Positions 1 through 9,152 of a stretch of DNA of 64,000 nucleotides are shown here, piece by piece (position 1 is the stretch's first letter; every line of letters begins with the position of its first letter). The position numbers and the translations under genes were made by a program. The DNA is from Patescibacteria group bacterium (GTDB lineage: Bacteria > Patescibacteriota > Minisyncoccia > UBA6257 > GWB1-50-10), in NCBI GenBank assembly GCA_024239035.1, contig JANBVK010000001.1, positions 171,010-235,009 on the forward strand. The letters run 5' to 3'. The notes beneath the pieces are model-generated. The model did no database searches. It saw nothing but the letters and a program-made list of their open reading frames with translations, and was not told the DNA's origin.

Positions 1-326
1 CAATCTTCACAATAAATTGTGTAGGGAGATTTTGAATTGTACATTGAGAGCATAGATTTTTTACACAAATCACACTGACGTTTGTAAAGTGTCCGCTCAT
101 TCCGAAACACAAGTTTCCTTTTCATCCGGCAATCAGGGCACAAACCAGGGCTCAGCACTTTCATTTTTTCATAAAACGCGAAATCATCAGGTTCAATCAT
201 GAACTCCTGTTTACAATTCTGGCAGGTCGAAGACGCTGAGCCTTGTCGAAGTGTCGAAGACGCTGAGCCTTGTCGAAGTGTCGAAGACGCTGAGCCTTGT
301 CGAAGTGTTTTATCTTCTTGATTCAT
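1..326 (-). CDS. Cys-rich multi-zinc-ribbon paralog (array copy 1), N-terminal part only; the 3' end runs past the window start
   Basis: Reverse-complement translation from the ATG at 326 gives MNQEDKTLRQGSASSTLRQGSASSTLRQGSASSTCQNCKQEFMIEPDDFAFYEK...CPDCRMKRKLVFRNERTLYKRQCDLCKKS..., the same N-terminal architecture as the downstream copies. Confidence 0.7.
   Translation of the reverse strand, partial: MNQEDKTLRQGSASSTLRQGSASSTLRQGSASSTCQNCKQEFMIEPDDFAFYEKMKVLSPGLCPDCRMKRKLVFRNERTLYKRQCDLCKKSMLSMYNSKSPYTIYCED
226..306 (-). repeat. Three perfect in-frame tandem copies of a 27-bp unit (GTCGAAGACGCTGAGCCTTGTCGAAGT) encoding TLRQGSASS x3 in the N-terminus of copy 1
   Basis: Read directly from the sequence; the unit length is a multiple of 3 and the reading frame is preserved. 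Confidence 0.9.
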
Positions 327-362
327 AATTCTCTATTCTAATTACCGGTCACTAATTACTAG

Positions 363-2135
363 TTACACCACCTCCGTCTGATAGCACGGTTCACAATATA
401 TAATTTCCGGTCTTTCCGGAGTGTATGTAGTATGAAACTCGTTGGAACATCTGTTCTTTAAATGATGTCTGTGTTTGGTAATATTTTTATAAACTTTATA
501 ATCACACATACACCGACGAGAATACCACCTTAACGGATTACGCATTTTTATCCTCTCCTCGTAGCGACACGCGTAACATAAACGCGGTAACGGTAAACCA
601 ATACGCTTATAAAATTGCAGTTCAGGAAGAACGATCCTGTAAGCTTTCTTGCACGATAAACATTCTATAATTTCCTTACAAATACTTCCATTAACGTCCT
701 TGATATGATCTGGCAAGTTCTCAGCAGACACTGTTATTGCAAACTCCCGAACCTCCGGCTCCCGCCAGACAAAACCTTTTTCCACCACCCCTTCCTTATC
801 CAGAGGAAGATAACTCACGGCAACGCTCTCATTATATGCCAAAGGTGAAAACTCCGGTGGAAAAAACTCCCCGTACTTGTATATCCTGTCATGAGAATTT
901 TTATACGGCATCTGGTTCATATGTTCTACAATTTTCTCGCGTAAGGTGTAAAATTCGTTTTTGGTGTACTGTTTATTCAAAATAAAATAAGATTTTTTAT
1001 TTAATCCTATGCATCCGAAAAGATTCGTTGATGAATGGCAATTCACAGAATACTCCAAATCTTCGCAGCCCGGCCAGCAATTAATGCAAAACTTTAATCT
1101 CTTACAGTCGGATCCACATACAACTGCCTCATATATCAACTCAGATTTATCACCCCAGCTTGTGTAATCATACGAATCAAAAACACGGTTAACTATATTC
1201 TGACAGTACTTTACTCTTTCAACTTCAGCGCACTGATAACAAAAGTGGGAATCTTTTGAACGGTATGCGTACTCACCACCCACAACATTAATTGTGTTAA
1301 AGCTGTGTGCGTATTTAAACGGGAATTTAGACCAAAATTTATACACTTTCTTCTTCATTTCAATCAATGAACCGTATGAACCAAGGTTAAATCCATGTAC
1401 TTTCTTATAATACTCCTCCTTAGTATAAGGAGTGTTGAATATATGATATTTCTTATGCCATAAGTTAACGCAGCCAAAACAGTTGTTACAATCCACGCAA
1501 TCCCGCGAAAACCACACATCTCTACAATCAACGCTCTCGGTGGAAAAAAAGGTCTTGTGGCAGCGGGCGCAAGAGAAAACCTCATAACAAAGTTCCAGAT
1601 GGTCACCTTGCGTAAAATCAACCGAACTTTTCGCATTTCTAAATCCTACGCCATACAAACAATCCTCCGAAGCATCACAATCAAAACAAAGATAACAATT
1701 TTTCAAAAAGCCTGCGTGATTGCAATAGTCACTATTTATAAGCTGTTTTATTTCTCGTGAAGGAAGAGGTACCTCATAGAGAAGTTCTCTGAATTGCTCA
1801 AAAAACGGGCGGGAGAAATCATAATCTCTGCCATACTCAAGCGGATCCCACTTGTCCGACCACCAGTAGTCGTGTTCGTAAATTTTAATCGGCGATGCCC
1901 TTGGATACGTAGAAAATATTTCCTTTTCCGTGCGAGCGTCTTTCTTACGAAATAGATTGTGCTCGTTCCAAAAAACAAACCGGCGAGTTGCCCGACATTC
2001 CGGACACCACGTCGGCGGCGGGACATTAATCCTTTTATAAAAACCTAAATCCCCCGGCTCAATTAAAAACTTAGCCCCGCAGTTTTGGCATGCCTGCGCT
2101 GAGCCTTGCCGAAGTGTTTTTGTTTCGTTGGGCAT
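363..2135 (-). CDS. Cys-rich multi-zinc-ribbon protein, tandem paralog (copy 2), function unknown
   Basis: 590-aa ORF. N-terminus CQNCGAKFLIEPGDLGFYKRINVPPPTWCPECRATRR, CxxC-rich core with NCFGCVNL and LFGCIGL repeats, C-terminus CLSCKKAYRIVLPELQFYKRIGLPLPRLCYACR ... VYCEPCYQTEVV. Confidence 0.8.
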   Translation of the reverse strand: MPNETKTLRQGSAQACQNCGAKFLIEPGDLGFYKRINVPPPTWCPECRATRRFVFWNEHNLFRKKDARTEKEIFSTYPRASPIKIYEHDYWWSDKWDPLEYGRDYDFSRPFFEQFRELLYEVPLPSREIKQLINSDYCNHAGFLKNCYLCFDCDASEDCLYGVGFRNAKSSVDFTQGDHLELCYEVFSCARCHKTFFSTESVDCRDVWFSRDCVDCNNCFGCVNLWHKKYHIFNTPYTKEEYYKKVHGFNLGSYGSLIEMKKKVYKFWSKFPFKYAHSFNTINVVGGEYAYRSKDSHFCYQCAEVERVKYCQNIVNRVFDSYDYTSWGDKSELIYEAVVCGSDCKRLKFCINCWPGCEDLEYSVNCHSSTNLFGCIGLNKKSYFILNKQYTKNEFYTLREKIVEHMNQMPYKNSHDRIYKYGEFFPPEFSPLAYNESVAVSYLPLDKEGVVEKGFVWREPEVREFAITVSAENLPDHIKDVNGSICKEIIECLSCKKAYRIVLPELQFYKRIGLPLPRLCYACRYEERIKMRNPLRWYSRRCMCDYKVYKNITKHRHHLKNRCSNEFHTTYTPERPEIIYCEPCYQTEVV

Positions 2136-2187
2136 AGGTCATTTAAAAATTAGAGGACCTTTCTTCCCTTATTATTCTACCTCAAAT

Positions 2188-3954
2188 CTATACTATCTCG
2201 CTCTGATAGCATTGCTCGCAATAAACGACCTCTTTCCTCTCTGGGGCGTAACTTGTTTCAAACTCATTGGGGCACCTCCCTTCCAGATGATGGATATGTT
2301 TCGCGGTATTTTCGCGCACTTTGTAATCACATACGCATTGTCTGTGCCAAAGTTTAAGAGGGTTTCGCATTGCAAATCGTTCCTTATAACGGCAGTTTTC
2401 GCATTTCCTAGGAAGCGCTATCTTTCTCATTCGCAGGAAATCAAGTTCTAGTTTCACTATTCGATACGCGCGTCCACAATCATTACAACCGATCACTTCT
2501 TTAATAATCGAGTCCTCTACGTCTTTTATATCCATAGGTAATTGCGATGACTGCATTGTAGGCGTATAAGGATACTTGTCTGGTTCTCGCCATGAATATC
2601 CCTTTCTTTCAGCCTGCTCTTTTGTAAGAGGCATATATTCCTGGGCAATTGTTTCGTTGTACGCATATAAGCTCAATCCAATTGGAAAAAATTCGCCGTA
2701 TTTATACACACATCCTGTTTTATCAGTATATGGCTTGTCATTCATATGCTCTTTAATTTTAGCTACGAGGGCACCATACTCTTCTTTAGAGTATTGCTTA
2801 TTAAAAATACAATATTCCTTTTTCCTCACACCCGAGCAGCCGAACATGTTGGTAGAATTAAGACACCAATACGCATAGTTACTATCCCTTGTTGCCTCAC
2901 CAAACATGGAAAAAAGAGTCTTATAGCATCCGAAGCCTCCAGCCATGAATTCGTACATTAATTCAGATGTCGCACAGCCAAACATGTCGTAAATCTCTTT
3001 AGCGCCAATTATCCTCGAACTATACTTAATGTTTTCCGATTCATACGCATCAAAAGTGAAATGGGCGTTTTTTGAATTTTCAATATTATCCCCTGTGCAA
3101 TTTATAGTTTTTGTGAAATTAGCGAACTTGTGAAGAGAAGATCTTATAAGCTTCTTGAATTCCTTTTTTAACTCTTGAAACTGGTTATGATTCCCCATGC
3201 TGATTTTATTTATCTCTTTTGAATATTCTTCTTTCGAGCACCGCCTATTTCTAAAAACATAACGTTGATTTCTCAAATTCGAGCTCATGAAACAATTTTG
3301 GCACCCCGAGCAGTCAAAAAGATATGCCGACTCGATGCATTCTCTTGAACGTAACGTAAAACTTGTCCTATTATTACGATCCCCGTCTATATTCTCGTAA
3401 ACCATTTCCGAACCTTCAATATTAAAACTATCAAAGCAGGTCTTGTCTTTGTCCATAAAGCGAGAGTAATATACGTCCTCACTTTCCAATACCGAGTACG
3501 AAAGGTATATGTTCTTGTTGTCAGCAATGAAATTTGCGTAATCTGAATTAATATTTGTATGATATTGTGCAATGGCAATTTGAGGAACTCTCACCAGCAG
3601 TTCTCTATATTGCTGAAAAAACGGCTTATCCCAATTGTATTCCACGCCATATTCAAGCGGATCCCACTTGTCGGAAAACCAACATTCACGGCAATAAACC
3701 TTATACGGTTTATCCGGCGAATACATTGAAATTATAGACTTACCACAAAGGTCACATGAGTCCTTATACAAAGTCCTCTCGTTTCTTACTGCCATACGTC
3801 TCTGTTGTCGGCAGTCCGGACAAAATGTCGGCGGTGGAACACTAATCTTCTCGTAAAACGAGAAGTCATCCGGTTCAATAGTGAACTGGTTTTTACAATT
3901 TTGACAGGTCGGAGATGCTGAGTCTTGTCGAAGTGTTTTGGTTTCGGTATTCAT
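2188..3954 (-). CDS. Cys-rich multi-zinc-ribbon paralog (copy 3); the core is Cys-depleted relative to its siblings
   Basis: The ORF track starts at 3975, but the conserved MNTETKTLRQDSASPTCQNC start is at 3954, in an ATGA overlap with the stop of copy 4. The termini match the family. The core has about half the Cys count of copy 2. Confidence 0.75.
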   Translation of the reverse strand: MNTETKTLRQDSASPTCQNCKNQFTIEPDDFSFYEKISVPPPTFCPDCRQQRRMAVRNERTLYKDSCDLCGKSIISMYSPDKPYKVYCRECWFSDKWDPLEYGVEYNWDKPFFQQYRELLVRVPQIAIAQYHTNINSDYANFIADNKNIYLSYSVLESEDVYYSRFMDKDKTCFDSFNIEGSEMVYENIDGDRNNRTSFTLRSRECIESAYLFDCSGCQNCFMSSNLRNQRYVFRNRRCSKEEYSKEINKISMGNHNQFQELKKEFKKLIRSSLHKFANFTKTINCTGDNIENSKNAHFTFDAYESENIKYSSRIIGAKEIYDMFGCATSELMYEFMAGGFGCYKTLFSMFGEATRDSNYAYWCLNSTNMFGCSGVRKKEYCIFNKQYSKEEYGALVAKIKEHMNDKPYTDKTGCVYKYGEFFPIGLSLYAYNETIAQEYMPLTKEQAERKGYSWREPDKYPYTPTMQSSQLPMDIKDVEDSIIKEVIGCNDCGRAYRIVKLELDFLRMRKIALPRKCENCRYKERFAMRNPLKLWHRQCVCDYKVRENTAKHIHHLEGRCPNEFETSYAPERKEVVYCEQCYQSEIV

Positions 3955-5651
3955 ATCACTTCCTTTTGATAACACTTCTCACAATAAACTATTTCCTTTT
4001 TCTCTGGAGCGTAACCCGTCTTAATTTCCTGACCGCATTTGGCGCATTTACGGTCCCACAGGCGCGGCGGATTGACACGACTCATCCGCTCCATGTGCCT
4101 GCAATCCGGACACTTCCTCGGTAAAGGGAATTCAAACCTGCGAAGCAGATCGAGTTCCGAACGCACTACGCGATATGCTTTTTTACAATCCATACATTCC
4201 AAAACTTCCTGAAGAATAGAATCCGTAACGTCATTGATGCTGTCGGGCATTTTTTCAGATAGTAATGTAATCTTATGCTCAGCCGGCGTTGGTTCGTGCC
4301 ACCGCCAGCCTTTCTCTAGTATCTGCTCCTTCGACAACGGGTAATACTGGTGCGCCGTGGTTTCATTATAATCGAATAAGCTTAGATCGTACGGAATAAA
4401 TTCTCCATATTTCCATACTCTGCCCTTGCTATCAACGTACGGACGCTCATTCATATCCTGAATGATTTTCCCTCTGAGCCTGCTAAAAGATTCTTTGTCG
4501 TACTGCTTGTTTAAAATACAATACCGTTTCTTCTTTACGCAGACACAGCCGAATACATTTGAAGAGGAAACCGCGAACATAGAATACTCATTCTCTAGAG
4601 CGGTATCCCACGTTCCAAAACAAAACCGTATGGTATCAGCCCCTTCTCCAACGGTGATAGAATCACACACACGCTGCACGCCATTCCCCCATTCACTGAG
4701 GTCATAAATATCCTTCGCCGGCTTCAAAGTCATAAACTGACAAAACTTCCCGTCTTCAACAAATCGAGTTTGGTACATATAGTGCGCATTCTTACACTCA
4801 TACACATAGTCTCCGGAAACGTTCACGTTATGAAACCCGTGTATAAATTTACGCGGAAATTTCTCCCAGAAAGTATGGGTTTTTTTCTTCTCTTCTATAA
4901 GAAAGGTATGTGAATCCAACTTTAATGCTTTTAATTTTTCCTCATACTCCTCTTTTGGGTACGGTTTATTGAATATATGATAGTTCTTGTTCCGCAGATT
5001 AACACAGCCAAAACAGTTGTTGCATCCAATGAGACTCTTCGAGAAATATACATCACTGCAACCACTGCAGTCTTCAGAAAAAAACGTCCGGTAACATTTC
5101 CGGCAGTTGATCACTTGATAACATAACTCTGACTCGTCAAGGATAAGCGCGTCCATGGAATCCTTGTCATAATTTACCGTCGTACCATAGAGAACGTTCT
5201 CGCAGTGGTCTGAGTTGAAAATAAGATAACAGTTTTTCGCATACCCTGCGTGGTTTACGTACTCACTATTTACGAGGGTGCTATATCCGGTGACCAAGCT
5301 CATATGCGGCACTTTTCTCTGAACTTCCTTAACCTGCTCAAAGAAATTCCGGCCGGAATCATACTCCATCGCATAATCATCAGAATCCCACTTATCAGAC
5401 CACCAGCACGGCTGGCAGTAAACCGTGTAGGGCTTATCCGGAGAAAAAATAGAAACCACGCTCTTACCGCATAAATCGCACTTACGTTTGTAAAAAACCC
5501 GTTCGTTGCGAAATATCAAACGCCGCTGAAACCTGCACTCCGGACAAAACGTCGGCGCTGGAACGTTCATTTTCTTATAAAAATCAAAATCTTCTGATTC
5601 AATCGTGAACTCCTTCTTACAATTTTGACATTTCTTAACTTCTTGATTCAT
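3951..5651 (-). CDS. Cys-rich multi-zinc-ribbon paralog (copy 4)
   Basis: 566-aa ORF beginning MNQEVKKCQNCKKEFTIESEDFDFYKKMNVPAPTFCPECR. It has the family core and C-terminal zinc ribbons. Confidence 0.8.
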   Translation of the reverse strand: MNQEVKKCQNCKKEFTIESEDFDFYKKMNVPAPTFCPECRFQRRLIFRNERVFYKRKCDLCGKSVVSIFSPDKPYTVYCQPCWWSDKWDSDDYAMEYDSGRNFFEQVKEVQRKVPHMSLVTGYSTLVNSEYVNHAGYAKNCYLIFNSDHCENVLYGTTVNYDKDSMDALILDESELCYQVINCRKCYRTFFSEDCSGCSDVYFSKSLIGCNNCFGCVNLRNKNYHIFNKPYPKEEYEEKLKALKLDSHTFLIEEKKKTHTFWEKFPRKFIHGFHNVNVSGDYVYECKNAHYMYQTRFVEDGKFCQFMTLKPAKDIYDLSEWGNGVQRVCDSITVGEGADTIRFCFGTWDTALENEYSMFAVSSSNVFGCVCVKKKRYCILNKQYDKESFSRLRGKIIQDMNERPYVDSKGRVWKYGEFIPYDLSLFDYNETTAHQYYPLSKEQILEKGWRWHEPTPAEHKITLLSEKMPDSINDVTDSILQEVLECMDCKKAYRVVRSELDLLRRFEFPLPRKCPDCRHMERMSRVNPPRLWDRKCAKCGQEIKTGYAPEKKEIVYCEKCYQKEVI

Positions 5652-5659
5652 GGTTCATG

Positions 5660-7450
5660 CTATACCACCTCTGCGTTGTAACACTGTTCACAGTACACAA
5701 TCTCTTTCCTCTCCGGTGCATATGATGTCTCAAACTCATTGGGACACCTACTTTTACCATGGAAGTGTTCTGTGGTGTTTTCATATCTTGTAGCTTGCCC
5801 TGAGCCTGTCGAAGGGTCACACACGCACTGGCGATGCCAGAGTTTTCGCGGCGGACGCAGGGCAATTTTATTAAGGTAGCGACAGTGGGGACATAATCGG
5901 GGAATTGGTATTTTTTCCCTGCGATATAAATCAAATTCAGAACGTATAATGTTGTAATTTCTCTTGCACTTAACACACATAAGAACTTCATTCACAATAG
6001 AGTCCTCTACATCTTCTATTTTGTCAGGGATATCGTTCGGCTTCACTGTTTCCTTACCAAACGTGCCGGGAACCTGATCTTCCCATCTCCATCCCCTTTT
6101 CATTACTTCTTCTTTGCTAAGCGGCATGTAGATTTGCCCCTGTGTTTCGTTATAACCAAACGGAGAAATCTTTGCAGGGAAAAATTCCCCAAACTCTCCC
6201 GTCTCACTCATGTGCGCAATAATTTTACGTTTCAGCTCCTTATACTCCTCTTCGTTATAACGCTTGTTAAAAATTGAATATTTCCCTTGTTTCACCCCAA
6301 CACAACCGAATAAATTCTCGCTATTGTGGCAACTATCACAGTACATAATATGAGAATCATCATAACTCAGATTCGTGAACAATACGTTATAATCTCTAAT
6401 TAGTGCATGGCATTCATAAATTAATTCACAATTAAACCCAAAATGATACGAATCCATGCACTCCTTGGAATCAATGGCGACAATCAAATATTTTGCATCC
6501 TCTATTCCACTCGCATCAAAAGAATGATGAATATTCTTCGAATTGAATATCATGTTACCGGTGGCATTTGCTGACTGCAAAATTACCGCGGCACGATGTA
6601 ATACGTTATCACGAATTATCGCAAGCCACTTCTCATAAAGCTTTACCCTGCTCTCATACGAGCTCAAATTAAATTCTTCTATTTTCTTCTGGTATTCCTC
6701 TTTAGTATAGGGCTTGTTCAAAATATGATACTGCTTATTGCGGAGATTGTATGAAAGAAAACAATTTGAACAACCGCGACAATCGTAGCAATAATAACAA
6801 TTCGTGCAACCCTCCAACAAAAAACCGTACTGACTTTGATAACATTTATATGAATTAATACATTCGTAAAGAAGTTCATTGCTCTCTTTTTCAATACGAT
6901 AACAATCAATGCAATCTCGCGCAGGAAATATATTAGTGGAATACATCACGTTTTCCGACCAGCCACAACCAAAGCACAAGTAACAATTCTTGTTATCCCA
7001 CGCGTGGTTTGTATATTCTGAATTAACGCTGTTTTTTGTAAGGAGCGCGATGCGAGGCACCTGTAACTGTAGCTCCTGCCACTGCCCAAAAAATGGGCGC
7101 GAGAAATCAAAATCCCGCCCGTATTCCAGCGCATCCCATTTATCACTCCACCAACAAGGCGGGCAATACACCTTAAACGGTTTGTTTAGAGAATATATTG
7201 TTACCGTGCTTTTGCCGCATAAATCACATCTGCGGCGATAGAGCACCCGCTCATTCCGCCACGCATAACGCCTCTGCTGCCGGCAGTCAGGGCACAAAGT
7301 CGGCGGCGGGACACTTATCTTCTCATAAAACGCGAAGTCATCCGGCTTGATGGTAAATTTTTGCTCACAGCTCCGGCATACCTGCACTGAGTTTTGTTGA
7401 AGTGTCGAAGATGCTGAGTCTTCTCGAAGTATTTTAATTTGATTCTCCAT
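5660..7450 (-). CDS. Cys-rich multi-zinc-ribbon paralog (copy 5) with a degenerate 2x N-terminal repeat and a C-terminal 36-nt insertion
   Basis: The likely start is MENQIKILREDSASSTLQQNSVQVC at 7450, in a TAATG overlap with the copy 6 stop. The C-terminus carries CDPSTGSGQATRY. Confidence 0.75.
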   Translation of the reverse strand: MENQIKILREDSASSTLQQNSVQVCRSCEQKFTIKPDDFAFYEKISVPPPTLCPDCRQQRRYAWRNERVLYRRRCDLCGKSTVTIYSLNKPFKVYCPPCWWSDKWDALEYGRDFDFSRPFFGQWQELQLQVPRIALLTKNSVNSEYTNHAWDNKNCYLCFGCGWSENVMYSTNIFPARDCIDCYRIEKESNELLYECINSYKCYQSQYGFLLEGCTNCYYCYDCRGCSNCFLSYNLRNKQYHILNKPYTKEEYQKKIEEFNLSSYESRVKLYEKWLAIIRDNVLHRAAVILQSANATGNMIFNSKNIHHSFDASGIEDAKYLIVAIDSKECMDSYHFGFNCELIYECHALIRDYNVLFTNLSYDDSHIMYCDSCHNSENLFGCVGVKQGKYSIFNKRYNEEEYKELKRKIIAHMSETGEFGEFFPAKISPFGYNETQGQIYMPLSKEEVMKRGWRWEDQVPGTFGKETVKPNDIPDKIEDVEDSIVNEVLMCVKCKRNYNIIRSEFDLYRREKIPIPRLCPHCRYLNKIALRPPRKLWHRQCVCDPSTGSGQATRYENTTEHFHGKSRCPNEFETSYAPERKEIVYCEQCYNAEVV

Positions 7451-9135
7451 TATCCTACTTCTTGAAGATAACATTTATCACAGAAGATTTTATGTTCTTT
7501 CTGTTCTTCCTGCGAATAAGAGGTTTGAAAACCAGCCCCACAGTTAGCACACGTTCCCGGCCAGAGCTGCCGTACATTTCTTGAGCCCATTCTTCTTTGA
7601 TGACGGCAATTAAAACATTCTCGCGGGAGGGGAAGCCCCACTTGTTTATAGAAATTAATTTCCGGTTGAATAAAACGGTAATTTCTGCCGCAGGCATCAC
7701 ACCTCAGAACTTGTTTTATTAAATCTCCCGAATATCCTTTCGGATTCGTCGGAAGTTCATCATGCGAAATAGTTTCCTGTCCGCTAGTTATAGGAATGTC
7801 TTCTTCCCAGCGAAATCCCTGCGCGAGCGCTTCTTTTTTCGCAAGCGGCATATATTCATTAACAATTGATTCATTGTAGGCGAACGCTGAAAGTTCCGGG
7901 GGGTGATACTCCCCCCACTCCCCCGTTTTCTTCATATACTCTATAATTTTCGACTTCAAAGATTCATATTCATCTTTGGAATACTGCTTGTTTAAAATGC
8001 AGTACTCCGCGCTTTTTAAGCCTACACAGCCAAAAATATTATGAGAGTTAAAACAATCTTCCGAATAATAGGCATCTGTAGAATTCACGCAATTCCGGGT
8101 AAAAAACTGTCGCATGCCTTGACCCGCGAGAACTTCGTAACACAGCTCCAAGTCGGGCGAAAAAGAAACATCATAGTCATCAACAGCTTTTCTGAGTGTG
8201 AAAACATATTTAGAATTCTCCCCGCTTTTTACGTCAAATGAATAATGGACGTTTTTAGAATTGTAAATATGGTTGCCGGAAACATCATTATTATGAGATC
8301 CAAAAAAGTATCTCTGCGGAAGTTTTTTCCTAAGACCCTGTTGTTTATTCAAAATTAGAGATATCGTCCTTGGGTCATGTAAAGGGTGTTCGGTCAGAAA
8401 CTTTTCGTATCCCTCCTTCCCAACATTTTCATTAAAAATATGGTAGGACTTCTGCTTCAAACCAACACAGCCTATGCATTGCGTACATCCTCGGCAGTCA
8501 TACAAGCCCACACTATCAGCGCAGTCCTCACACTCTTGTGAATAAAGAAGTCGATATGAACCCAAACAATCCACGCATTCATAACAGAGTTCCCCTTTAA
8601 ACATATAAAGATTGTCAAAACAATCCTTGGAATTCCACACTATATGCCCGTATGCACAATCCTCATCATCAACACAACCAAATACCAGATAACAATTCTT
8701 ACTCTCAAATGTAAGATTCGAATAGACGCAGTTCTCACTCCTTGTGTTCATAACCGCATAATGCGGGACCACTTTTTGCAACTCGGCAAATTGCAGAGAG
8801 AAAGGACGACTAAAATTAAAATCCCGCCCGTACTCCTTCGCGTCCCAGTCATCAGCCCACCATTCCTCATGGCTCCACACCGGAAACGGAGCCTTTTCGG
8901 AATACATTGATATCACTGATTTCCCAGACTTGTCGGATTTTCGCTTGTAGAGCGTCTTAAAATTTCTAAATAATATTCTCCTTCGCTGCCGACATTGGGG
9001 ACAATTCTTCGGCGGCGGAACGCTTATCTTCTCATAAAACGCGAAGTCGTCCGGTTCAATCACGAAAGACGTCCTACAGCTCTGACAAGTCGAAGACACT
9101 GAGTCTTGCCGAAGTGCTTTAGTTTCCTTATTCAT
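7450..9135 (-). CDS. Cys-rich multi-zinc-ribbon paralog (copy 6)
   Basis: 561-aa ORF beginning MNKETKALRQDSVSSTCQSC. The family architecture is present, with a divergent C-terminus CANCGAGFQTSYSQEEQKEHKIFCDKCYLQEV. Confidence 0.8.
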   Translation of the reverse strand: MNKETKALRQDSVSSTCQSCRTSFVIEPDDFAFYEKISVPPPKNCPQCRQRRRILFRNFKTLYKRKSDKSGKSVISMYSEKAPFPVWSHEEWWADDWDAKEYGRDFNFSRPFSLQFAELQKVVPHYAVMNTRSENCVYSNLTFESKNCYLVFGCVDDEDCAYGHIVWNSKDCFDNLYMFKGELCYECVDCLGSYRLLYSQECEDCADSVGLYDCRGCTQCIGCVGLKQKSYHIFNENVGKEGYEKFLTEHPLHDPRTISLILNKQQGLRKKLPQRYFFGSHNNDVSGNHIYNSKNVHYSFDVKSGENSKYVFTLRKAVDDYDVSFSPDLELCYEVLAGQGMRQFFTRNCVNSTDAYYSEDCFNSHNIFGCVGLKSAEYCILNKQYSKDEYESLKSKIIEYMKKTGEWGEYHPPELSAFAYNESIVNEYMPLAKKEALAQGFRWEEDIPITSGQETISHDELPTNPKGYSGDLIKQVLRCDACGRNYRFIQPEINFYKQVGLPLPRECFNCRHQRRMGSRNVRQLWPGTCANCGAGFQTSYSQEEQKEHKIFCDKCYLQEVG

Positions 9136-9152
9136 ATTCTTGGTCGCGGAGT

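Noticed and set aside
226-306. Regular 27-bp direct repeats, a possible CRISPR array.
   Set aside because: The repeats are contiguous with no spacers, they lie in-frame inside a coding sequence, and no cas genes are present. This is a coding VNTR, not CRISPR.
5635-5991. 118-aa ORF sharing a TLRQAQGKLQD segment with the ORFs at 12444..12800 and 15903..16133. It looked like a conserved small protein family.
   Set aside because: All three are alternative-frame shadows, on the same strand, of the conserved C-terminal regions of paralog copies 5, 8 and 10. The shared peptide is simply the identical 36-nt insert read in another frame. The conservation comes from the main frame.
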